DNA of 64,000 nt from the human T2T-CHM13v2.0 reference genome, Homo sapiens, in the NCBI GenBank assembly GCA_009914755.4, contig CP086569.2:14816001-14880000 (forward strand), in the 5' to 3' direction. The position numbers were made by a program, and so were the translations under genes. The number at the start of each line of letters is the position of its first letter. Position 1 is the stretch's first letter. The notes under the pieces were generated by a model that did not search any database, was not told the DNA's origin, and saw only the letters and a list, made by a program, of their open reading frames with translations. This document shows, one piece after another, positions 31,381 through 49,346 of this stretch.

Positions 31381-33589
31381 AAAGAGAAAGACACTTCCCT
31401 GGTGGTAGAAACAGAAGAGAAAATGTAACAGAGAGGAGGAAGTAGTAGTGAAAAATACTAAAGTTCTGAGAATAGGAGAGCAACAAAGTGATGATAGGTG
31501 ATCAAAGTTGTCATTCAAGCTTTCTTCTCTCCATTATTCTGCCTATACTTGGGTTCGTGTTCTTGCAGGGAGGGCGTCTTAGTGATTCCAGCTGCCTATC
31601 TCTTCCGCAAGGTGGCATCTTGATGGTAATTCCCCCGGTTTCTTATTTTCACATGTATCTTCATTGTTTGAGGTAAATGGAATGACTTTCTGGCTTTGAA
31701 ACTGGGAAAATCCAATACACATGTTTGTCAAGAGGAGGCTGAATTATTTCCTTTGGTAAGGTGCTGCTGGTTTTCCCTGTATTAATGCTTATATTAGAAA
31801 ATATCTACACTGCAAGTCCAAAACACCACTCCAAATGCTTTAGAGATCTGGGCGTCGTGTGTGCTCTTATTTTTATGGTTGGTGATGGTTTTATGGTGTT
31901 TGAACAGCTGGTTGATGCCACTCATTATATTATGTACTAGGGAAGAAAAATGCTGTATCTCTTCCCCTAGGAATCCACTTGGGCATGTAGATATATACAA
32001 AGATAGTTTCAATGCAATCTATTAGATGTTTATACTGGGTGCTATGGAACCACAGAGGATAGGCACAGAAACTGATTCCTGAAATTCACATGAGCTTTAA
32101 ATAACCGGCTTGAAATGCCTGTTTATGAACGAAAGGAAAAAAGAAGAGTGCCCAGGTTTCCTCATTTACTCACTTGTTTACTCTAGTGCATTTATGTGTG
32201 CATTCTTAGAGTGAGTGTCCACAAGTTCAAAATCCCTAAAAGGAGCTCAAAGCAACTCTTCCTATGAAACACCCTTCTGTCCATTTCAGAGATGAGGATA
32301 TCTTGATAAGAAAGAAAGAAATAGGAAGAGCATTGCAGAAAGGGATAGACCAGTAGGATGGAAAATGTCTGCTTGTCTTGAGTCCAGTCTTTACAGCTCC
32401 ATTTCAGAACTATTTCAATTGTTGTGAAGTTCTCCCATGTTAGGGATGCATACTCAAATCCCCAAACACATTCGGGTTAGATATAAATTCATTTTCATTA
32501 TCTTGCTTTCAGGATAATCCATGCCACTAGAGTATGCTTTCCGAACAGTGAAAACATAAAAGTTAAGAGGATTCAAATTGAAGTTGGAAAGTTTTCCCTC
32601 TAGAAATTAGAAAGACAACATTAGTATTAATAGTGTTTAAACTATTGAGTTAAATATTAACATTTTCCATTTAAAATGAAATTTAATAATGTATAGAAGA
32701 GCAACACATACATTAGTATATCAGAAGTACAAATGATGAAAGATAATGAGGCTCTTGTCTTCGTAATGAGACTAAAAATCAGAATATTCTAAAGTTTTAT
32801 AAGCCTTGATCCTGTCATCATTAGTGTATAGTGTCTAGGCTGATCTTACAGAAAACCTCAAGAGAATGTATTTTAAAACTTTCCAGTCTAACAGTGTCAT
32901 TCAAAAAAAAGGATGTCTTTATGTGGTTGAAAACAAGGTTTAAATTGTGTAATCCTATTAAGAAAGAAAACTAGGCTCTTTTTCATATTCTATTCTGTGT
33001 AAACACATGCACACTTTTCCCCCTTACTTAACGTTTAGAGCTTTCAGAGCTGAAGGCCAAGATTTAGTGCCAGCTCTTTCACACTTTTGATATCTCAAGA
33101 GTGCCAGCCAAGAAAACATACACAATGCTCACTTAATTTGCATAATATCCAGGGCTCTAAAGAGGTTATAATAAATGCTACAAAAAAAATCTTGTAAGGA
33201 ATATGCTTGCCTGATATTTAAAGCATTGATATGATTCTGCTCAGAAAGTGACATTTGATGTTCCCAATTTGGCTGTCAGCTGGAGTTACTATGCCTGAAA
33301 AAAATTCACTTAACTCTTTCATATATGGTGAACTGTGATTGTCCTGTTGCAGAAAAACACTTCCAAGGCCTCGCTTCTGTTATTTGTTGCTGTCAGCAGC
33401 CTTCTGAGATGGGTACACCGTGATACCTGCTCCCTCATCTTCATGCCTTGCTTAATCGCATCCTGTTGAGAGTGGGCTGGAAAGAGCAAGTGGCTTCTGA
33501 GGAATGGAGCACTGCCAAGTGTTGGGATGATGTTACTGAGACTAAGCCACAAAGACTCTAACTTTGTGGTCTTCTTTCACTTTCTGGGC

Positions 33590-33925
33590 CTTCTCACCTG
33601 TTTTCATGAAGGAAGTTGTGAGCTGCCCCATGGAGAGGCCTATATGACAGGGAACTGGTCAACAGCCAACAAAGAATGGAGGGCCTCCGTGCCTCAGCCC
33701 ATGAGGATCTGAATCCCACCAATCACCTTGCAAGGGAGCTTGGAAAGGGATCCATCTAGGCTTGACACGACTGATGTCCCAGCTGACTGCAGGCTCATAA
33801 GAGGGCTCAGCTAAGCAATGCCAAAATTCCTCACCCACAGAAACTGTGAGGTAATACACATAATGTTTCTCACCATTATATTTTGAGATGTTTTGTTACG
33901 TGGCAACAGGCACCTACAGTAGTCC
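33590..33925 (+). mobile_element. MaLR (MLT1-like) LTR fragment.
   Basis: ccccatggagaggcctatatgacagggaactg…cagcccatgaggatctgaatcccaccaatcacc…ctcagctaagcaatgccaaaattcctcacccacagaaactgtgaggtaatacacataatgtttctc…tttgttacgtggcaacag. This is the conserved MLT1 3' motif (…ttcctgacccacagaaactgtgagataataaatgtttgttgttttaagccactaagttttggggtaatttgttacgcagcaat). Confidence 0.5.
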
Positions 33926-34184
33926 CCCTCTTTTCCATGAGAGAGATGTTCCGAGATCCAGAGTGGATGCCTGAAACCGAGTGTAGTACTGAACCCTATA
34001 TACACTGCTTTTTCTTATACCTACATACATTACATACATATGATAAAGTTTAATTTATAAATAAGGCACAGTAAAAGATGAATGACAATAACTGATAATA
34101 AAATTAAACAAGTATAATAGTATCTTGTGAAGTTAAGTGATATCTCCTTCTTTCTATTAAAATATCTTATTGTACTGCACTCAC

Positions 34185-34560
34185 CTGACATGGTTAGGCT
34201 TTGTGTCCCCACCCAAATCTCATCTTGAATTGTAATTCCCATAATCCCCACGTGTCAAGGGAGAGACGAGGTGGAGGTAATTGAATCATGGGGGTGGTTT
34301 CCCTCATGCTGTTCTCCTGATAGTGAGTTCCCACGAGATCAGATGGTTTTATAAGGGACTATTCCCACTTCACTCAGCACTTCTCCTTCCTGCAGCCTTG
34401 TGAAGAAGGTGCCTTGCTTCCCTTTCACCTTCCACCACGATTGTAAGTTTCCTGAGGCCTCCCCAGCCATGTGAAACTGTGAGTCAATTAAACCTCTTTC
34501 CTTTATAAATTACCCAGTCTTGGCAGTTCTTTATAGCAGTATGAAAATGGACTAATGCAT
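34185..34560 (+). mobile_element. MaLR LTR of the THE1/MST family (solo LTR, or 3' LTR with possible internal remnant at 33925..34185).
   Basis: gacatggttaggctttgtgtccccacccaaatctcatcttgaattgtaattcccataatccccacgtgtcaagggag…ggtaattgaatcatgggggtggtttccctcatgctgttctcctgatagtgagttcccacgagatcagatggttttataagg…gcctccccagccatgtgaaactgtgagtcaattaaacctctttcctttataaattacccagtcttggcagttctttatagcagtatgaaaatggactaatgca. This is a near-diagnostic THE1/MST LTR consensus. Confidence 0.75.
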
Positions 34561-35450
34561 CACCCTTCTTCTTGTGATGGTATGAGATGATAATATGCCT
34601 GCCTCATGAGATGAAACCAGGTGAATGACATAGGCATTGTGGCACAGGCATTGTGATGTAGTAGTGTTAGTCTACTATTGACCTTCTGACAAAGCATCAG
34701 AAGGAAGGTCATCTGCTTTGGGTGATCCCAGATCTTTGAGCTATGATGATGTCTTTGGGTGAATGTCAGGAGCAGATGCTGCCTATGAATCTTGGGTGGG
34801 TAGCAAGTTATGTGCCCAGCTTTGGTGGGTAGCAAGTTATGTGTCCAGTGTGGAGATGCTGAACAAAGGGATAATTTACATCCCAGGCAGGATGGAGCAG
34901 GACAGTGTGAGATTTCATCATGTTATGAAGAATGGCACACAATTGAAAACTTACGAATTGTTTATTTTTGGAAGTTTCCATGCAATATTTTCCAGCTGCA
35001 GTTGTCTGCAGGTAACTGAAACTGCAGACAGAGAAACTGTGGATAAGGGGACTGCTGTAATGCATTCACTATACTTCATCTCTAAATGTGAGCAACTCCA
35101 GAAAACTACTTGGCCAGGTAATGTCTCAGTAAATAGAAAGCACTGTGTTCTACCTTTTTGGTACCTGGAAATAGCTAACTAGGTATTTACTAAATATTGG
35201 CTGAAATTACCTTAATTATAGATTAAGCACAATCAGTTCCTGAGAATACTAAGATTAATACACATGATCTATGGTGATGGTTGAAATGTCTCCAATAGTA
35301 ATTTTTGGCAGAGTTGGTTTAAAGCCCAAAATTGACCACTTGATCAATTTGACCAACAAATTGATTTGTTATGTGATCTTGAGGGGGTTAATTGGCCTCT
35401 TTGAGCCTGTTGTCTGATTAACTAAATTGGGAAATAATAAAACCTATCTT

Positions 35451-35833
<383 letters not shown>

Positions 35834-36502
35834 TTAATCCAACACAATATTATTTTTGTGTCACCAGTCACCAAGGTGCTCCTAATTTAAGAAGGAAGAC
35901 AGAAATGATTGTGGCAAATATGGCAGATGTGGAAACAGAGGTGAATTCAGTGTGCAGCAGGGAGACACACTAAAGAGCATCACTTATTTCTCTAAATAAC
36001 ACTTTCAGTTAGTTGCCTCTTAATAGAGGAAAATAAAAATGAACAGGACGATAGTGATTTTTCCCCCTAGCAAGTCTTCACTAGCTAGTTTTGAAAGCAT
36101 GGCCAGCCTTATCAACTACTTAGGGGTCTTCTTAAGTCATGTTGGAAGGAAGAGAACATGCAGACTTGATCTTTAATTCAACTACATGCAATGCAAAGAG
36201 TTTATTTAAAAAAACATATGTGTATATACATACACCTTACCTAATGAATGGCTGGCTCTACTTCATTGTACAGTGCACAGTCCCTGATAATAAATGCCAG
36301 GCCTGCATAATACAGAAAGGCTCATTAAACATTTCTTTGGTCTTACTTTCAAGAAATGAGAATTTATATAAGGCATAAATAGCTCATGAAAATGTCTTAT
36401 TGCAAACAGCTTTGCTTTAATGTTCAATTACCTTTTTTTTTTTTTTTGAGCTGCATTTCTACAACCACACTAAGCAGTTTGTTTCTCATCTTTTGGTGTT
36501 TT

Positions 36503-36544
36503 CTCTTTCTCTTTCTCTCTCTCTGTCTCCACACACACACACAT
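36503..36544. repeat. Compound (CT)n(CA)n microsatellite.
   Basis: ctctttctctttctctctctctgtctccacacacacacacat. Confidence 0.75.
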
Positions 36545-37794
36545 ATTTGCACATGTATATTCCAGCAAAATCCCTTGCATATATACAGTGGAAACATTTA
36601 CCTTTGTGTTTTTTGTTTTCTTGTCTACTGCTGTACCGCAATCTTAAATAAATGCTAAGCTACTTCAGTGCATGGAGTAGAATCAAATGTAGCTTTTAAA
36701 CCACTCCTTTACAGCCAGTAGCTTTTTGCAAGACAATAACTGGGCCTCACACTCTGAGTTTTCCAAAAGAAGGGCTGTAGCAACCACCTCCTTGGTGTAA
36801 AGCAGCATTATAAGGCCTTCTGGATACTTAGTAAGGCACGTTTTGTCATGCCTTTGACCTGATGTGTTGAAAAAAAGTGTTTTGATATGTGGAAACGGAA
36901 GCAATTTTTTTCCCTTTGGCAATGTCTACTGCTATTTTACAGTTTGCCAAAACTTTTCTCTTTTCAAAAGTTATCATTTTAGACTGCAGAACTGCTATGG
37001 ATATCACTTATTGTACTTTCTGAATAATTTTAAAAGACTTCATAACATCTGTCACACCTGTCTTTAATCAAAATAAACCCCTGAAAGATCTTTTCCATTA
37101 GGTTTTACATAGCCTTACGGTTTACTATTTCCTCCCTAAAAATAACTTTTATTCACACAATAAGATGGACAAGCATATAGTAAATGAAAAGTAAATATAA
37201 ATATAGTTTAGGATAGCAAAACATTGTGAAAAACTGTTAGTGCAGTATAACTGCTTCATGTTTTTAGTTAGGTGAACACAGGTGAAGAATAAATATGGAT
37301 ATACAACTTTTCCTTTGAAAACTTTGATGTAACTCTTTCATGTTTTGAAACATTAAAAATAATTTTTATATGACAAAAGTGAAGTAAGTTCTCACACATT
37401 CTGCAGTTCTGTATGAAAATTTTGCTAAAGGTAAATGGCAAGATGACATTTATTTATTTAGTGTCATCTCATTATATATTTTTTTCTTAATTTGTCCAAC
37501 CAAGAGACTTTCCAAGCCTTCTAGCAATAATAAGATTATACAATAAACCATGATCCCAAAAGCATGTTACAGGAAAAACAAAAATCTTGACATTTTAGTT
37601 GACTACAAATTTGTTCTGAGCTAATAATATGATAAATTCTAACTGATTTTAGAAATCAGCATATTAGAATAATTTCTTACAAAATGTCACATGTGTGCTA
37701 CCCAGGCTAGACCACATCTAACTACTATATCCAAGCCATTGTCTTAATTTACAATATAGGATATCAAATAAACACCACTGTCTACTACAATATC

Positions 37795-38096
37795 TTTTTT
37801 TTTTTTTTTTTTTTTGAGATAGGGTCTTGCTCTGTCATCTAGGCTGTAATGCAGGGACATAATCATTTCTCACTTCAGCCTCCACTTCATGGATGCAAGA
37901 GATCCTCCTGCCTTAGCCTCCTGAGTATCTGGGACTCCAGGCATGCATCACCATCTCTGGATAATTTTTGTAATTTTTTTTTCTTGTAGAAATGGGGTCC
38001 CACTATATTGCCCAGGCTTTGAACTCCTGGACTGAAGAGATACTCCTACCTTCACCTCCCAAAATGCTGGGATTAAGGGCACAAGCCACTGTACCC
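37795..38096 (-). mobile_element. Old Alu SINE (AluJ-like), minus orientation.
   Basis: tttttttttttttttttttgagatagggtcttgctctgtcatctaggctgtaatgcagggacataatcatttctcacttcagcctccacttcatggatgcaagagatcctcctgccttagcctcctgagtatctgggactccaggcatgcatcaccatctctgg…gtagaaatggggtcccactatattgcccaggctttgaactcctggactgaagagatactcctaccttcacctcccaaaatgctgggattaagggcacaagccactgtaccc. Confidence 0.85.
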
Positions 38097-40039
38097 CACT
38101 TCCTACAATATTTTGACAGACATCAAATAGCTGCACTCTTTCTGAACAAGGCTGAATATAACCTCTTATTTTCTTCTCAATATGGTAGTTCAAGTCACTA
38201 TACTAATTAATCAGCATTGTTACCATTTGTGACAGACTCAACAGTATCCAGAGTAGAGCAAATCATCATTGAAAGCACTTTTGAAAAATGGAATTGGGAA
38301 CTGGTAACATTTAGCAAAGAATGACAGTATCCAACAGAACATGGGAGCTCTCTTCAAATATTTAAAGGAGTGGTGTATGGAAAAGGAAGTAGATTCACTA
38401 TTTGTTACAGCTCTTGAAGTCGAAACAAAGAACAAGGCAGAGAATTGCAGGATCTCTGCTTATAATAGAAAATGTCAATTAGTGAAATAAGTGCTTTTAA
38501 AATGCTATAGTTACTCTCAACCCCTAGAACTATTCAGAAGTGGCTGAGGAATTAATCATTGAGAAGACTTTGGTAACAGCGAAATAGGTGACCTATAAAT
38601 TAGTACCCAGAGGCTAAATTATGACATTAAAACACCCTCAAATTTTCATAAAAATAATTATTTTGCCACTATTGATACCGACTATGTCTGATTATATTCA
38701 AATATTTCAGCACAGCATAATTACTGAGTTTGATTTGCAGACATGATTTATATATTCAAAGAAGACTGTGGACATCTCTCTTGCTGAAAGCTCTTTGGGC
38801 AAAAACTAAAGTGGCCTTAGACTCAACATGCTCTGCAATATTATCTGCATTAATTTTGAATGTCACAAACAATTAGAAGCATTATTAGTGATAAAAGTAT
38901 TTATCATCGTATGTCAATATATTCTCTTAATAAGTTAATATATGGAGATCATCATTCTAGATTTACTTTTATCTTCATTTTGACATCTAAGGAATTATGG
39001 TAATGTTATGTCAGAAAGTGCTGAAAAATGCTTCAAAAGTGTCAAAATTACACAGGTGCCATCTTGAAAGTGGTAACTTCAGAAAAGTGCCCTTGTAATA
39101 TCCAGGAATTCATAGTGATAGTGAATAGAATGATAGAAGACAATGCAAAGCACTTCCTCACAGATAGCCAAGTGAGAAACACAGAAAAAATGATGGAGTT
39201 GGGAAATCTCTGTATTGTAACCACCATATTGGCATCAATGCCAACTAGATGACAAAACTAGTTTGATGAACAAGAAATGATACATACATAGTCTGAAATA
39301 GCCCATTGATTTCTTACCAATACCACATGTCTTATAAATTGCAGAGGTAAAATTAATGACTCTGTATGGGGATATCCAAGAGACACCATTTTAACCAAGT
39401 GATGAAGTTTATCATCACCAACAATGAGACAGAGGCATTATATGCATCTAGACATAAGGTACTAGAGAAAACACACCTTGTGTTGATGGTATTCCTGCCA
39501 AAAATAAATAAATTGAATCCAGTTATCAGGAATCGTTAAAAAAGCTCATATCGAAGGATGTTCAACAAAATAACTGGCCTGTGTCCAGATATATCAGCTT
39601 CATGAACAAACAAGAAACTGACAGAATGTTCCAGACTGAAGGAAAGTAAAGTTACGAGACAATGTGATGTCATTCATGATTGTGAATTTGATACTGGACC
39701 AGAAAGAATATAACTAAAAGAGACAGTATAGCAATAATTAAGAAATTTTCAATATCACTGTGAATCAGATAGTACTGTGCCAATGTTATCAATGATACCA
39801 ATACTATCAATGAATTAGATAGTATTGTACCAATGTTAAATTTCTTGATTTTGTTAATTGTATCAGGTTCATGCAGTTTTTATCCTTGGGAAATTCATAT
39901 CAAAATATTTGGTGTTAGGTGAATATGATATCTACAACTTAATTTCAAGTAGTTCAGAAAAGCATATGCATATATAGATATACGTGTATAGATATATAGA
40001 AGTGTGTGTGTTATGTGTGTATTTGTGTGCATGAAAACA

Positions 40040-40600
40040 CTTAGAGGAGAGAAGACAGATAGATGATAGGTAGATAGGTAGCTAGAGAGAGAGAGACAGA
40101 CAGATAGACAGAAAGACAGACAGGTCCCTTAGACAGATTGAGGGACAGACAGACAGATAGACGGACAGAAAGATAGATGGACAGAAAGACAGATAGACAG
40201 ATGAACGGATGGACAAAAAGACATACAGACAGACGGATGGACAGACAGAAAAACAGAAAGACAGACTGAAAGGTAGACAGACAGGTAGACAAAGAAAGAC
40301 AGGCAGATAGGTAGATAGGTAGGTAGGTAGGTAGATAGATAGATAGCCAGACAGACAGACAGTCAGAAAAACAGACAGACAGACAGATAGACAGATAGAT
40401 AAACAGACAGATAGAAAGATAGACAGACAGACAGATCCACAGATAGACAGACAAACAATAGCCAGCCAGCAAGCCAGCCAGCCAAATAGACAAAGAGACA
40501 GACACATAGGTAGACAGACAGACAGAGAGACAGATAGACAGATAGATATAGATAGATAGATACGAATAGATGGATAGATAGATAGTCAGATAGAGCAAAG
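40040..40600. repeat. Compound (GATA)n/(GACA)n (Bkm-like) microsatellite, about 560 bp, with (GAGA) and (GGTA) variants.
   Basis: Purine-rich + strand: gatgataggtagataggtagctagagagagagagacagacagatagacagaaagacagacag…gtaggtaggtaggtagatagatagatagccagacagacagacag…agatagatatagatagatagatacgaatagatggatagatagatag. The minus-strand ORFs (LSICLSVCLS…) are repeat artefacts. Confidence 0.95.
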
Positions 40601-40601
40601 C

Positions 40602-40916
40602 AGTCGGGTGCGATGGATCATGCCTATAATCCCAGCACTTTGGGAGGCTGAGACGGGTGGACCTGAGGTCAGGAGTTCAAGAGCAGTCTGGCCAACATGG
40701 CAAAATCCCGTCTCTAGTAGAAATGTAAAAATTAGCCAGGTATGGTGGTGGGTGCCTGTAATCCCAGCTACTTGGGAGGCTGAGGCAGGGAGAACTGCTT
40801 GAACCTGGGAGGCAGAGGTTGCAGTGAGCCAAGATTGTGCCACTGCACTCCAGCCTGAGTAAGACTCTGTCAAAAAGCAAAATATAACAAAACAAAACAA
40901 AAAACCACAGTAACAT
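40602..40916 (+). mobile_element. Alu SINE (AluS-like) with A-rich tail, flanked by a 14-bp TSD agatagagcaaagc.
   Basis: agtcgggtgcgatggatcatgcctataatcccagcactttgggaggctgagacgggtggacctgaggtcaggagttcaagagcagtctggccaacatggcaaaatcccgtctc…gccaggtatggtggtgggtgcctgtaatcccagctacttgggaggctgaggcagggagaactgcttgaacctgggaggcagaggttgcagtgagccaagattgtgccactgcactccagcctgagtaagactctgtcaaaaagcaaaatataacaaaacaaaacaaaaaacc. TSD copies lie at 40588..40601 and 40917..40930. Confidence 0.9.
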
Positions 40917-41934
40917 AGATAGAGCAAAGCCACTGTGGCAAATTTTTAACATATCCTAAATCTGGTTGAATGTTTACAGCAAATTTTATACAGTACTTTG
41001 ATATTTTCTGTGGGCTTGAAAATATATAAAATAAAAATTTATAAAAATAAAAAGAGAACCAGAGATGAAAGTTGGAATAATCAAAAATAAATCTAAACAA
41101 TGATGCATCTCTGGGTAATCAGTTGTTTTTTAGCTCATTCGGATGAAATTTTTGGCTGAATTGACTTCAGCAGTGGATCTCACTTTCTGAAAGATTTGTG
41201 CTGTCCTGTTAGGCTATCTGATACACAGGACTCAGGTTGTGGGAAAGAGAAATGAAATACTGTAACTTATGGTAAATATTTAACAAGAATACAGCCCAGT
41301 ACACTGCAGCATGAACTGCAGGGAAACTTACCTTAAGTAGAACCATACGTAACAATATTTAGGTTTCTTAAGCTGTTTGCGCTTACACCACTTGTGCCTG
41401 CATAATATCTAGGATGCCTTCTTAACAGCAATTGTAAATTTTTTTGCAAAGCCCAATACCAAAATGTAAAAGCTGGAAACTATTATGCTTTTCTCAATTC
41501 AAACTTTAATAATATACATTTGACAATGAGCTTATTTATATATGGTGAACTGTAATATAATGTGATGCAAATGTCATTCTGTGGTTATTCCCAATTTTCC
41601 ATAAAATGTTCACAGAAGTAGCATTATCAAATAAATGAAATGTGATAAAAATAATACATTCAATCTTGGCTTTCAGTAGCAGAATTAAAGTTTAATTGCA
41701 TGGACATGAGTTGCTCATGTTATTCATCAAGTTCAATGTCATTATTGATTTTTCAGGAATAGTATTGGCATGGCTTACATTTTGAGGAATTTAGGCCAGA
41801 AATCCTAGATGCCAATAATCTTTCTCTATATGGGAAAAATGCATCCTTTAGTCCCCCTGTCTGAAGGAAAACCACAGAGGCAGTGGAACTGTTAGAAGCA
41901 GGAAATAGGTTTGAATAATATAAATGGCCAATGA

Positions 41935-42395
<461 letters not shown>

Positions 42396-43501
42396 ATTTT
42401 CTTATTTGTATTTTCAGATGAGGTTTGAGAACATTATGTGCAGTTTCATCTACTCAACAAAAAGATGTCGGTCACGCCAAGATGGCCGAACAGGAACAGA
42501 TCCGTTCTACAGCTCCCAGTGTCAGTGATGCAGAATATGGGTGATTTCTGCATTTCCATCTGAGGTACCAGGTTCATCTCACTAGGGAGTGCCAGACAGT
42601 GGGCGCAGGAGAGTGGGTGCAGCGCACCGTGTGTGAGCCAAAGCACGGCAAGGCATTACCTCACTCGGGAAGCACAAGGGGTGAGGGAGTTCCCTTTCCT
42701 AGTCAAAGAAAGGGGTGACCGATGGCACCTGGAAAATCAGGTCACTCCCACCTGAATACTGCACTTTTCCAATGGGCTTAAAAAAACGGCACACCAGCAG
42801 ATCATATCCTGCACCTGGCTCAGAGGGTCCTATGCCCATGGAGTCTCGCTGATAGCTAGCACAGCACTCTGATATCAAACTGCAAGGTGGCAGCGAGGCT
42901 GGGGGAGGGGCACCCGCCATTGCCAGGGCTTGCTTAGGTGAGCAAAGTAGCCAGGAAGCTCAAACTGGGTGGAGCCCACCACAGCTCAAGGAGACCTGCC
43001 TGCCTCTGTAGGCTCCACCTCTGGGGGCAGGGCACAGACAAACAAAAAGACAGCAGTAACCTCTGCAGACTTAAATGTCCCTGTCTGACAGCTTTGAAGA
43101 GAGCAGTGGTTCTCCCAGCATGCAGCTGGAGATCTGAGAATGGGCAGAGTGCCTCCTCAAGTGGGTCCCTGACCCCTGACCCCTGAGCAGCCTAACTGGA
43201 AGGCACCCCCCAGTAGAGGAGACTGACACCTCACATGGCCGGGTGCTCCTCAGAGACAAAACTTGCAGAGGAACAATCAGACAGCAGCATCCGCGGTTCA
43301 CGAAAATCCGCTGATCTGCAGCCACTGCTGCTGTTACCCAGGCAAACAGGGTCTGAAGAGGATCTCTACTAAACTCCAACAGACCTGCAGCTGAGGGTCC
43401 TGTCTGTTAGAAGGAAAATTAGCAAACAGAAAGGACATCCACACCAAAAACCCATCTGTACATTGCCATCATCAAAGAACAAAAGTAGGTAAACCACAAA
43501 G

Positions 43502-44518
43502 ATGGGGAAAAAACCGAGCAGAAAAACTGGAAACTCTAGAAAGCAGAGCACACTTCCTCCTCCAAAGGAACACAGTTCCTCACCAGCAACGGAACAAAGC
43601 TTGATGGAGAATGACATTGAGGAATTGAGAGAAGAAGACTTCAGATGAGCAAACTACCCTGAGCTACCGGAGGAAATTCAAACCAAAGGCAAAGAAGTTA
43701 AAAACCTTGAAAAAAATTTAGACAAATGTATAACTGGAATAACCAATACACAGAAGTGCTTAAAGGAGCTGATGGACCTGAAAGCCAAGGTTTGAGAACT
43801 ACGTGAAGAATGCAGAAGCCTCAGGAGCCAATTTGATCAACTAGAAGAAAGGGTATCAGTGATGGAAGATGAAATGAATGAAATGAAGTGAGAAGGGAAG
43901 TTTGGAGAAAAAAGAGTAAAAAGAAATGAACAAAACCTACAAGAAATATGGGACTATATGAAAAGACCAAATCTATGTCTGATTGATGTACCTGAAAGTG
44001 ACGGGGAGAATGAAACCAAGTTGGAAAACACTCTGCAGGACATTATCCAGGAGAACTGCCCCAACATAGCAATGCAGGCCAACATTCTCAATCAGGAAAT
44101 ACAGAGAATGCCACAAAGATATACCTCAAGAAGAGCAACTCTAAGACACATAATTGTCAGGTTTAGCAAAATTGAAATGAAGAAAAAAATGTTAAGGGCA
44201 GCCAGAGAGAAAGGTCGGGTTTCCCTCAAAGGGAAGCCCATCAGACTAACAGCGGATCTCTCAGCAGAAACTCTACAAGCCAGAAGAGAGTGGGGGCCAA
44301 TATACAACATTCTTAAACATAAGAATTTTCAACCCAGAATTTCATATCCAGCCAAACCAAGCTTCATAAGTGAAGGAGAAATAAAATACTTTACAAACAA
44401 GCAAATGCTGAGAGATTTTGTCACCACCAGGCCTGCCCTAAAAGAGCTCCTGAAAGAAGTACTAAACCTGGAAAGGAACAACCGGTACCAGCCACTGCAA
44501 AATCATGCCAAATTGTAA
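43502..44518 (+). pseudogene. L1 ORF1 remnant with an early in-frame stop; the C-terminal 186 aa remain open.
   Basis: atggggaaaaaaccgagcagaaaaactgg at 43502. A tga lies at ~43636 (cttcagatgagcaaac). The ORF-track piece 43958..44518 ends …RDFVTTRPALKELLKEVLNLERNNRYQPLQNHAKL*. Confidence 0.85.
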
Positions 44519-44581
44519 AGACCATCAAGGCTAGGAAGAAACTACATCAACTAATGAGTAAAATCATCAGCTAACATCATA

Positions 44582-48515
<3,934 letters not shown>

Positions 48516-48800
48516 TGAGTTAGTGGGTGCAGTGCACCAGCATGGCACATGTATATATATGTATCTAACCTGCACAATGTACACATATACCCTAAAACTT
48601 AAAGTATAATAAAAAAAATAAAAAAATAAAAATAAAATTAAAAAAAAAAACAATTTAAAGCAAAATTTAATAATTACAAGTTTACCACACACATCAAAGT
48701 GAAATGTCTTTTAAAAATAGCACAATGATCATGGTGGGTAGGGATATGGCTGTGTCTTACATCACACATGAAGTGTTATATTACTATTTGAAGATGTTAA

Positions 48801-49114
<314 letters not shown>

Positions 49115-49266
49115 ATAAACACTATACTTTTTTTAATTAAAAGAAGGTATATGAAATAATTCTATGGTGGAGATAAACGGGATTCTACAAAATTAATTTT
49201 TATTTTGTATATATACACACAAACTTTTACCTTTATTTCTCTGAAATTACTATTTTAATCCTAATA

Positions 49267-49346
49267 TTAGGTTGGTGCAAAAGTCATTGCGGTTTTGGCC
49301 ATCATTTTCAATGGCAAAGACCGCAATTACTTTTGCTCCACTCTAA
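49267..49346. mobile_element. MADE1 (Hsmar1-derived mariner MITE), an ~80-bp palindromic element that could form a miR-548-family-like hairpin.
   Basis: ttaggttggtgcaaaagtcattgcggttttggccatcattttcaatggcaaagaccgcaattacttttgctccactctaa. The two arms are near-perfect reverse complements (gcaaaagtcattgcggttttggcc versus ggcaaagaccgcaattacttttgc). This is the canonical MADE1 consensus ttaggttggtgcaaaagtaattgcgg…ccgcaattacttttgcaccaacctaa. Confidence 0.85.

Noticed and set aside
34763-35182. 139-aa ORF downstream of the THE1/MST LTR, overlapping a small tandem duplication (gggtgggtagcaagttatgtg ×2).
   Set aside because: It lies in MaLR-associated or flanking sequence with no conserved-protein features. 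Treated as a chance ORF.
40041-40598. 185-aa and 141-aa minus-strand ORFs (LSICLSVCLS… repeats).
   Set aside because: They are translation artefacts of the (GATA)n(GACA)n compound microsatellite.
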